NCBI GenBank assembly: GCA_963695095.1
Contig: CAVOFT010000001.1
Coordinates: 3,008,001 to 3,072,000 of the forward strand
DNA from: an uncultured bacterium
GTDB taxonomy: Bacteria > Krumholzibacteriota > Krumholzibacteriia > JACNKJ01
Direction of reading: 5' to 3'
Length of the DNA stretch: 64,000 nucleotides
In this document: piece by piece, positions 22,310 through 32,300 of the stretch
Numbering within the stretch: position 1 is the first letter of the stretch
Layout: every line of letters starts with the position of its first letter
Program-made: the position numbers and the translations under genes
The notes under the pieces: model-generated
What the model saw: only the letters and a program-made list of their open reading frames with translations
Told to the model about the DNA's origin: nothing
Databases searched by the model: none

Positions 22310-24386
22310 GGATAGGCTCCTTTGCCAGGGGTGATGGGCTGTTGCTGAAGGCGAGCAGGGTCAGGTTGCCTGCCTCGGTGGCCGGGAAATACTCGAAGCC
22401 GCTCGTGACGCCGCGGATGATGTCCAGGCCCAGGCCGCGGCCGCGCCGGCGCATGGCGGGATCGCTGAGATCGCTGGCCACCCGCGCTTCCGGATGGAAG
22501 CCCCGGCCGCGGTCCCGGAGCAGGAAGTAGCCGCCGGCAAGGCCGGCCGGCTGCGGACCCACCGGCGCCACCCACCAGAGATCGAAGCGCTGGACAGGGT
22601 CGAGCCCGCAGGCGTGCTCGGCGACGTTCGCTGCCGCTTCGTAGACCGCGGTGACCACGAGTCCCTGGTCGGCGGGGGGCAGGGCATCCACCCGGGGGCA
22701 GCTCCGCACCCAGTCGTGCAGGGCGGCCAGACCCGCCAGTTCAGCGGACAGGGCGAGATGGCGGCCCTCGCGCTCGGCGCGTGCCAGGCAGGCGAGGACG
22801 CCCTCGGTGTCGGGATGGCTGCCCCCATTGCCGATGGGGCTGCCCTGGTGCGCGAGCACGAGCAGGGTCTCGTCGTCGGAAGGCTGGCCGTCCGCGCTCC
22901 AGGCCACGACCGCCCGGTGCAGGGTCTCGAGCAGGGCCTGGGCGCCGCGGCCGCCGGCCTGCTGCACGCAGCGCTCGATGCCCGTCAGCGCGAACTGCTT
23001 GCCGGCCGGGTTGAAGGCCTCGTTGATGCCGTCCGTGTACTGCAAGAGCAGCTCGCCGGGCGCCAGCTGCAATTCCTCGTCGTGGAGGGAACGCGCCAGC
23101 ATCGCCGTGGACACCGCGCCCAGCGGAATGCCCTGCGTCACTCGCCACTCGATGTTGCCGTCGGCCTTGCGGTGCAGCAGCGGGCTATGCGCCGCCGAGG
23201 CGAAGCGGAGGCGGCCGCTCTCCACGTCCAGCAGCCCGTAGAACATGGTGACGAACTGCCCCGGCTTGAGCGTGGCCGCGAGCTGGACGTCCAGGGCGAG
23301 CAGCAGCTCGCGCGGCGAGCCGTAGCGCGGCGCATGCGAGCGCCAGAGCGCCGACAGCATCGACATGATCATGCAGCCGCCCAGGCCCTTGCCCGAGACG
23401 TCGGCGATGGCCAGGGCCACGCGGCCGTCGGGCAAGGTGAGGAAGTCGTAGTAGTCGCCGCCCACCTCCGCGGCGGCGCGGTGTGCGCCGGCGATCAGGA
23501 AGTTGCCGGCGACCAGCTCGCCCTCGGGCAGCAGCCCCGACTGGATCTCCCGCGCCAGGCCGAGCTCGTGGGCCAGCCGTTCCTTCTCGACCAGCTCCAC
23601 CTGGGCGCCGCGCAGGCGCCCGGCCATCTCGTTCACGGCGGCCGCAAGCAGGCTGAACTCCGTGCGCCCGGTGATGGGCAGGGCCGTCTCCAGATCGCCG
23701 CGGCCGATGCGCTCCAGGCCGCGGCGCAGGCTGCCCACGGGCCTGAGCAGCCGCGACATCAGGAGCAGGATCAGCGCGAGGGAGAGGATCAGGATGCCGC
23801 CCATGACGAGGAGCTGCTCCTGCCGCGCCGCCTGCACGCGCTCGGCAACGTAGCTGCGCCGCATGCCGACCACGGCCTTGCCGATGGGCTCGCCACCGGG
23901 ATGCAGCACGGGCGATTCGGCGAGCAGCAGCGTCGCCCCCTCGCCGAGGGTCTCGCCCGGGCGCAAGGCCACCGCGCCGGCCAGGGCTTCCACGCGCTCC
24001 GGCGACCTGTAGGTTTCGCCCAGGAGCCGTGCATCGGAGTGGCCCTGAATGATGCCCTCGTGGTCGACGACGACGGCCAGGGCCAGCGCCGGCTCTTCGC
24101 GCTGCATCTCGCGAATCAGGGGGTGCAAGGTCAGCTCGGGGTAGTCGCTGAGCAGGGCGCCGGAGCCCACCATGGCCAGGTTGCGCGCCGTGAGCAGCAG
24201 GCGCGAGCGCAGCTCGGCGCTCAGGGTCTCCCGGCTCTGCCGCTCGGCGACGACGCCGACGCCCAGCACGCCCGCCGCGGTGAGCAGGGCCGCCACCGTC
24301 GTCACGATCAAGCGCAGGCCGAGGATGCGCCGCGGCCGCGTGGCCGCCGCGCCCACCTGCTCCGAGAGTGCTGGGCTTGCTTTCAT
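22299..24386 (-). CDS. Membrane sensor: HAMP, SpoIIE (PP2C) phosphatase, RsbW-like HATPase
   Basis: EVGGDYYDF, IADVSGKG, YTDGINEA, SDDETL; then YEAAANVAEH, RDRGRGF, RGRGLGL. Confidence 0.92.
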   Translation of the reverse strand: MKASPALSEQVGAAATRPRRILGLRLIVTTVAALLTAAGVLGVGVVAERQSRETLSAELRSRLLLTARNLAMVGSGALLSDYPELTLHPLIREMQREEPALALAVVVDHEGIIQGHSDARLLGETYRSPERVEALAGAVALRPGETLGEGATLLLAESPVLHPGGEPIGKAVVGMRRSYVAERVQAARQEQLLVMGGILILSLALILLLMSRLLRPVGSLRRGLERIGRGDLETALPITGRTEFSLLAAAVNEMAGRLRGAQVELVEKERLAHELGLAREIQSGLLPEGELVAGNFLIAGAHRAAAEVGGDYYDFLTLPDGRVALAIADVSGKGLGGCMIMSMLSALWRSHAPRYGSPRELLLALDVQLAATLKPGQFVTMFYGLLDVESGRLRFASAAHSPLLHRKADGNIEWRVTQGIPLGAVSTAMLARSLHDEELQLAPGELLLQYTDGINEAFNPAGKQFALTGIERCVQQAGGRGAQALLETLHRAVVAWSADGQPSDDETLLVLAHQGSPIGNGGSHPDTEGVLACLARAEREGRHLALSAELAGLAALHDWVRSCPRVDALPPADQGLVVTAVYEAAANVAEHACGLDPVQRFDLWWVAPVGPQPAGLAGGYFLLRDRGRGFHPEARVASDLSDPAMRRRGRGLGLDIIRGVTSGFEYFPATEAGNLTLLAFSNSPSPLAKEPIHAR

Positions 24387-26399
24387 CGCTTGAAGATCTC
24401 CTCGCTGCGCGCCAGCTGCGCGCGAGCGCGAGCCAGGTAGCCCTGGGCCCGCTCATCCGTGGGGTCGATGGCCAGCGCCTTTTCCCAGAGCGCCGCCGCG
24501 GCTTCCAGACGGCCGGCGGCGAAGGTCTCCATGCCACGCACGAGGTACTCGCGCTTGAGATGCTCGGCCACCTGCTGGTGATGGGGATCCTTGGTCCAGA
24601 CCAGCTCCCAGTAGCGCAGGGCCTCTTCGCCGCGGCCCGCCTCCGCGGCGGTCGACGCCCCGACGATAGAGCTCCGCCAGCTCCGCGCGCTCGCGGGCCG
24701 AGAGCGAGCGGACGGGCGGCGCGGGCGCGGCGGAAGCCACGGCAGGTGCGCGGGCCGCGGCCTCGCGGCGGGCGCCATCGGTACGCCGCAGCTCGGCGAG
24801 GCGGCGCTGAAGGCCGAGGACGCCGGCATCCGCTGGCGCCAGCTCCGCTGCCTCGGCCAGGCGCAGGGCCGCATCGTCGAAGAGGCCGCGCTCCAGGAAG
24901 CTGCGTGCCCGCTCGAGGCGACCGGCGACGCGGGCCGCGATGGCTTCTTCCGCGCGGCGGAGCATGGCGGCGGCCTCGGCGTCCGCGGGCTGCTGGGCCA
25001 GCACCTCGGCAAAGGCCGCGCGCGCCTCCCGGAGCCGGTCGGCGCCGAAGGCGTCCAGTCCGGCCGCGAAGCGCTCGCGCAGCGCGGCGCTGCGCTGGGC
25101 CCGGCGACCGCTCTCCGCCTGGCAGCGGGCCAGCGCGGCGCTGAGCTGCGGCTGCTCGGGCAGGTAGCCCAGGGCACGGTGGTAGGCGAGGGCGGCGCTG
25201 CCGAAATCCTCGGCGCGCTCATGGCCCTCGGCGATGTCGGCGTGACAGCGCGCGGCCAGGGCCAGCGCGCGCGCATTCGTCGGGTCCAGCGCCAGCAGGG
25301 TGGCCAGGTGCCCGAGAGCATCTTCCTGTTGCTGCGCCTCCCGCGCCGCCGCCGCCATCGCCAGGAGCTCGTCGACGCGCGCGGTCTGCTTGGCGGCGAA
25401 GGCCTTGTCCAGACGCGCCTGGAGGGCCTCGTCCTGCGCGCGCGCGGCGGCGAGGCGCTGGCTGGGCAGGTCGGCGCCGAAGCGCAGGCTGAGCCCGAAG
25501 CGGTGCACGCTCTCCAGCGCATTGTCCTCGAAGACGTAGTTGAGACCCCAGTCCCGCCAGCGGATCTCGGCGCCGGCCTGAAGGCGCTCGTAGCCCCAGC
25601 CCGCGCGCAGGGCGAGCAGGCTGTAGCTCAACTCGAGTCCGGCGTGCAGACCGAGCGCACGCTGCTCCACCCGTTCGAGGTCGAGCGCGGCATCGACGCC
25701 GAGGCCCGCCACCGGGCGCCCATAGCCGAGGCCGATGCGCAGGCTGCGCGGATCGCTCACCGCGTCGCTGTCCAGCCGCAGGCGCGGCTGAACGGCGTTG
25801 CCCAGCCGCAGGCCCAGCCGCAGCGGGCTCAGCGCCGGGCGCTCCCAGCCCAGCGCCAGCGCGGGCTTGAGCTGGAGGCCGAGATCCAGCCCGATCGCGC
25901 CGCCGCTCATGCCGGCCAGCTCCTGACGCCGCAGCTTGACGGCGGCGCCCAGGCTCCAGCCTCTGCCGAAGGGACGCGCATAGGCCAGGCTGAGCTGCTG
26001 CTCCAGATCCTCGAGATCGGTGGCCGTGATCAGGTTGCTCTCGTCCCGGCCCTCGATGCTGGCCACGCTGTAGCTCTGGAAGCCGAGCGCGAGCACGCCC
26101 CAGCGCCAGTTCGGCCAGGCCAGGGCGGCGTACTGCTCCTGCATGGCAAGACCGTAGAGGCTGGCGTGACCCAGCTGCAGCGAACGCCGCTCCAGCAGGC
26201 CGAGGGCGCCCGGGTTCCAGAAGACCAGCTCGGCGCCCTCGGCCGCGGCCGTCGCCGCCCCGCCCATGCCGAGTGCGCGAGCGCCGGCGCCGTAGGCAAA
26301 GATGGACTGCCCGCCGGCGTCCGCGCTTTCCCCGCGCGCCGCGCCCGGTCCGAGCAGGACCAGCAGCAGGAGTAGCCCCATGCGCAGGCGTCTGCTCAT
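24383..26399 (-). CDS. PorV/PorQ-family outer-membrane barrel fused to TPR repeats, one frameshift near 24650
   Basis: Signal peptide, GAGARALGMGGA...FWNPGAL, HRFGLSLRF; C-terminal TPR helices (WEKALAIDP). Confidence 0.85.
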
Positions 26400-29300
26400 C
26401 GCAGCACCGCCACCTTGCGCAGGAGGCGTTCCCTGTCGCCATCGGCGTAGGTCACCTGGAGCTCGGCCAGGTAGACGCCGTTCTGCACCGCGGTGCCGCG
26501 GCCGTTCTTCCCGTCCCAGCGATCGTCCTGCTGCAGGCCCGCCGGCTTGAGCGCCCCGTCGAGGAGCGTGCAGACCAGCTCGCCGCGCCCGGTCCAGAAC
26601 TTGAGGCTCACGCGCGCCGGCCGCTCGAGGTAGTAGGCGATGGTGGTCTCGTCGCGGCCCGCCGCGAAGGGATTGGGGAAGTTGCTGTAGCTCTCGGCCA
26701 GGGAGCGCGGACTGAAGTTGCCCACCGCCGTCCTGAGCGGGAACTCCTGCCCCGCCGCCGGGCGCAGGGCCACGGCGAGCAGCGGGTTCTCCGGCTGCAG
26801 GAGGGCGACATCGGTTGCCGCGAGGGTGAGGCGCAGGCTTTCGCCGGAGAAGTCCTCGCTGAGGACGGCACGTAGCTCGAGAGCCAGCGGCGGTCCGGGC
26901 TCGATGGCCACCGGCGCGCTCGGGCCGATCCAGGCGCTCAGCGAATCGGGAGTCAGCGGGGCGCTCTCGGCCCAGAGCTGCTCGCCACGGTAGAGGCGCA
27001 GTCGGCTCACCGCGCTACCCAGTGCCAGCGCCGCGCCGGCGCGGTCCTCTGCCGCGAGCGCGAATCCGGCCAGTGCTACGGCCCCCGCGCCGGGGGCGGC
27101 GGGATTCGCGAAGCTGAGCAGCGCGCAGGGCACTTCCTGCCCATCGGCGGCGAGCAGGGTGGGCAGGCGGCTGGCCAGCCCGAGCAAGAGGTCCCGCGGC
27201 GCCTCCTCCAGCCAGATGAGACCCGACAGCAGCGGCAGGGCCTCGCCCGGCTCGGCGGCAAGGAGAGCGGGCTGGCCGGTGTTGACATCGAAGGACCACC
27301 AGCCCGGCCCATCCAGCGCCAGCTCGAGGAAGCCGGCGGGCGCCGAGGCCTCCAGATCGAGGCGAATCGTCAGCTCGGCCGTCTCGCCCGGGGCCAGGAT
27401 GCGGTCCCCCAGCGGCAGGTAGACGCTGCCGCCGGCGCTGGGCAGGCTGCTGAGTTCGGCCAGCGGCGCGCCGTTCCAGTCGGCGCGCAGGCGCTCGGCA
27501 TGGAGGCCGGGGACCAGCGAATCGCGCAGGGCGTCCAGGAATCGCAGGCTGCAGCCTGCGGCGCGCAGGCCGCCGTCCCCGCTGCCGCCCGGATGGCGCA
27601 AGCGCACGCGAAGCACCGCCAGATCGCGAGCGCCGACGCCGGCGCTATCGGGCGCCACCGGCAGGGCGTGGGCGATGAGCCGGTCCGCCGTGGACTCGAC
27701 CCGCAGCGGATGGCCGAGCAGAAAGGGCTCGGCATAGGCCGCCGGCACGGGCGCGCCGGAGATCGCGTCGTGCACCTGCAGGCTGCTCGGCGGCTCCAGG
27801 CGCAGGCGGAACAGGCCCAGTGGCGCTCCCTGCGCGAGGTCGCCGATGAGCAGAAGCCGGCGCGGGGCGCCGGCGGCGATGGCGACGAGCGGCGAGCAGG
27901 TCAGAACGAGCGGCCCCGTCTGCCCGGGCGCCAGGATGCGCTCGCCGTGGAGGCCGCCGCTCTCGTCCACCAGGCGCAGGCGCGACAGGCGCCCGCCCAG
28001 GGCGATCGGCGCCGTGCCCGCGCTGTCCACGCCTGCCACCGCGAAGGCAAGCAGGCGCAGATCCGCCGTGATGCCCATGACGCCGGGGTTCTCGAAGCTG
28101 AGCGTCTCGAGCAGGACCGCCGGCTGACCCTGGCCGACCGGGCGCAGGGTGTCCGGGGCCGAGCTGACGAGCAGGCTCTCGGCCGGGGCGCTCACGCGGG
28201 CCGGGCCCGCCGTGATCGGGTAGCTGCCGGCATCCAGGGCCACCGTGACCGGCGCGCCGCTGGTGGCGTCGACGGCGCCGAAGGCCTGGGCATTTTCGAT
28301 GAGGAGACTGAACTCGGGCACCAGGGTGGCGGCCGCGATATCCACCGCGAGATCCAGCGTGACGGGCTCGCCCGCCCGGACGCGCACGGGCTGCGTGAGC
28401 TCGAGATCGAGCAGGTCGCCGCTGGTCTCCATGGCCCCGGCGTTGCGGGCGAGATAGACCTGCGCGCCCTCCTTCACCCGCAGGCCGGCCAGCAGGGCCG
28501 CCGGGGCGATGCCCGCGCCGTCGGGCGCGCGCAGACGCAGGCGCAGGCTCTCCAGACTCACGTCCGAGGCCTGGCCGCCGCCCTGGTGGCTGAAGGTGAG
28601 GTGCAGGGGCAGCACGTCCGTCTGGCCGCGATTGACGACGAAAGGCAGCGAGGCCGTGGCGTGCAGCGCGAGGCTGTCCGCCTCGACCCAGATCTGATGG
28701 GCGCTCGAGACGCTCTCCAGTGACAGGTGCGTGAGGCCGCTCTGCTCGCCCAGACCCGAAGCGCTGCCGCGCAGGGCGACCTGGCCGGCGGCGAGCGCAG
28801 TGTAGGTCCAGCTGACGAGGCCGCTCTCACCGGGATCCAGCGCGAGCGTGGCCGGCGTGGGGCCGCTGAGCCACCCCACTTCGCCCGCGCCCTGGGACAC
28901 GAGCGGCGAAGGCGCTATGCCCGACATCGACTCGGCGCTCAGATTGCGCAGGGTCATGGCGACGTTCAGCGTCTGACCGACGATGCTGCCCGCGGGCGTG
29001 ATGCCGAGACTGCTGAGCAGGGTGGCCGTGCTGAGCAGCTGCGACTCGGGGTTGACCAGGGGCAGATCGCGCGGGCCGTCGTTCGCCGAGGCCATGACGA
29101 TGCCGTCCACCGGCACGCCGAGGCGCAGGGTTGCCGAGTCGGCGAGCGCGGGCGACACCGTGAAGCCGACGAACAGACGCAGGCCCGCCTCCGGCACCGG
29201 AATCGCCGAGAAAGCGCTCTGCCAGGAGCTGCCCAGCCAGGCCAGGACGCCCAGGTCGGCATCGTCGCCGCCGCCCGCGCCCCAGAGACCATCGCCGCCG

Positions 29301-32300
29301 TCCGCCCAGAGCTCGAGATTGCCCAGCTCGTCGCCGCCGGCCGACCCGTCCATGTCGCGCACGGTGAGGTGCTGCAGGGCGTCCGCCGCATAGCCGTTCG
29401 CGGGCAGATGGAAATCCAGGGCCAGCACGGGACCCTCGCCGGGACCCACCGTGGCCACCGGGGCACCGTGATTCGTGAGCTGGGCGGCCACCATGCCGTC
29501 GACGAGGATCGCGCCCTCGCCGCCGAGGGGATACAGGGCCGCCGCCGAGGTGGCGTCGGCGAAGCCGAGCGCCTCGGCCGCCTCGACCATGGCGCCGAGG
29601 CGATCGCCGTCGGCGGCACGGGTGAGCGAGAGGTCGGCGGTCACGAGCAGGCGGCCCAGGCTCTCCGCCGGCAGGGTCCAGGTGAAGCCCGTCAGGCTCG
29701 CTTCTCTGCCCGTGAGGCCGGCCATGGCCAGGGGTGGCCCGCCGTCGGGCAGGCCATCGCCGTTGCTGTCCTCCCAGAGCGCCACGCGCTCGAGGCCCTC
29801 GGCCAGCTCGGCGGGCGTGCCGCTGCCGCTGCCGGCGGCGACGAGGTCGAGGCGCACCAGGGTCTTGGCGACGGCGTAGCTGTTGCTGAACTGCAGGGCG
29901 AGCAGGGGCAGGCGCTCCTGCCCGGGCGCGGCGCTCGACTCGGCCAGGGGTGAGGCCGAAACCGTGATGCGATCGTCGGCGCTGATCCACTGGGTCTGGG
30001 CCGCCGGCACGCTGCGGTCGATGGGACCATCGTTGGCGCTGGCCATGCCCAGCGCCGTATCGGTGGGATCGACCGGCAGGCCGAGGGCGACGGTGGCGCC
30101 TTCGGTGGCCAGAGGGGCGATGTCGGCAGTGACGAACAGGCGCAGGCCGCCCACGGGCACGCTCTCGCTGAGGCCGTAGCGCTCCCAGCGCGCCACGGTG
30201 CTCACCAGCTCGCCCAGGGGCGCGTCGAGCGCGGGATCGAAGAGGCCGTCGCCGTCGTCGCGCCAGAGGCGCAGGGCGGCGATGTCCAGGCCCGCCTGCG
30301 CGCTGCCCCAGTTGACCACGTTGATCTTCTGCAGGACGTCGGCGGCATAACCGTTGGCCGGCACGCGCAGGTCCATCACCAGTGCGTTCAGGGTGCCGGT
30401 CATCAGGGTGGCGTTGCCCGGAGCCCACAATCGCAGCTGCGCCGCCGCCATGCCGTCGACGGGGAAGTCGCCCGCGGGGGCGAGCGGCCAGGCCGCGCCG
30501 AGCGAGCAGGGCTGGGCGAAGCCGAGGTCCTCGGGACCGGCGAGGCGCAGATCGAGGCGGTCGCCGTCGCGCGCCGCCAGCGAGGCGCCGCCGCGCACGT
30601 GCAGGAGGAGCGTGTCGCCGGGGGCCATCGTCAGGTTCAGGCCCGTGAAGCGGGCCGCGCCGGCGCTCATCGCCGCGCTGGCCCGGGGCTCGTTGAAGTC
30701 CACGGGCTCGCCGCCCTCGGTCGCGAGCTGGGCCGTGAGCAGAAGTGCCGACCAGTCGGCATCGAGCTGGGCCGCGCTGCCGGCGCCCGTGCTCGCGTTG
30801 CGCACCGCCAGCGTATCCAGGGTCTGCGCCTCGGGAGTGGCGTTGACGAGGCGCAGCTCGAAGACGGCGACCGGGTTGCCCCCGGGGTAGAGGGACTGGC
30901 CGGCCTGCGCGGGGGCGCTCACCAGGACGCGCGGCAGCTCGGCCTCGCCGATGACGATGGCGAGGGCGGCGCTGTTGTCCTCGGGCGCCGGGTCCTCCGT
31001 CTGCGCGCCGGCCGCGGCCGAGAGCGTCAGGGTCTGGCCGGCGCCGGCGAAGCTGGCCTCGAGTTGCAGCGTGAGGGCCGCCGCGCTCTCGGCCGCCAGC
31101 TCGCCGAGAGTCCAGATGCCGGTCGCCGGCGCGAAGGCGCCCTGGCCGGCGCTGTGGCCCGTCAAGCTGAGCCCGGCGGGCAGTTCGATGAGGACGCCGG
31201 CCCCCACCGCGGGCTGGGGGCCGGCGTTCGCCAGCGTGGCGAGAAGTTCACAGGCCTCGCCCACCTCGAGCGAGTCGTCGTCGATCTCCAGGCCGAGGGT
31301 CAAGTCAGCGGCCCGGACGAGGAGGGCCGCGCTCGTCGAGTCGTTCGCGGCCGTGGGGTCGGCCTGGTCGGCGGCCGCGATCCAGGCCCGCGTGAGGAGC
31401 TGCTGGCCCGCCCAGCCGCCGGCCACCCGCGCCTCCAGCCGGAGCTGCAGGCTGTCCCCCGCGGCGAGCGTGTCCGGGCTCCAGAGGCCGGCGCCGGCAT
31501 CGTAGCCACCCAGCTCGGGGCTGGCGGACTCGAAGAGCAGGCCCGCCGGCAGGCTGTCACGGACGCTGATTCCGCTCGCCGGCTGAGAGCCCAGATTTCG
31601 CAGGACGAGGGTCAGCAGGCGCAGGTCGCCAGGGTCGGCCGCCTCGGCATCCAGGCTGAGCTCCAGCGCGAGGTCGGTGCCGCCCACCGCGATGCGGACG
31701 CCGGCCCTGTCGTTGGCGGGCTCGGGATCGGCCGGCGTCGAGGCGATGCGCTCGGCGCTGTTCTCGATCTCGCTGCCCGCCGTGCCGGGGGCCGGCGTGG
31801 CGTCGAGAACCAGGGTCGCGCTCGCTCCCGCGCTCAGGTCGCCCAGGGCCCACAGGCCGCTGGCCGGCAGGTAGATGCCCTGGCTCGGCGTGTCGCCCAG
31901 GTAGAGCAGGCCGGCCGGCAGCAGGTCGCCGATCTGCACGCCGGTGGCCGCCTGGGGACCCAGGTTGGTCACGATCAGCGTGAAGCTGAGGGGCTCGCCT
32001 TCGCCCGCCGTATCGTCGTCCACGCTCATGGCCAGGGCGAGGTCGGCCGCGGCCGGGGTCACCGTCAGGCGCGTCGTGTCGTTGGCCGCCACCGGGTCGC
32101 CCTGATCGGCGCCGACCCGCCAGGCCAGGTGCTCCAGCTCGCCCTCGGCCTGCAGCTGCACGGCCAGCTCGAGGGTGGCCCAGGCGCCGGCCGCGAGGGA
32201 GCCGACCTGCCAGAGCCCGCCGAGGTCATCGAAGCTGCCCTGACTCGGCGTCGCGCTCTGCAAGGCGAGGCCGGCGGCCAGGGAGTCGCGCAGGACGACG

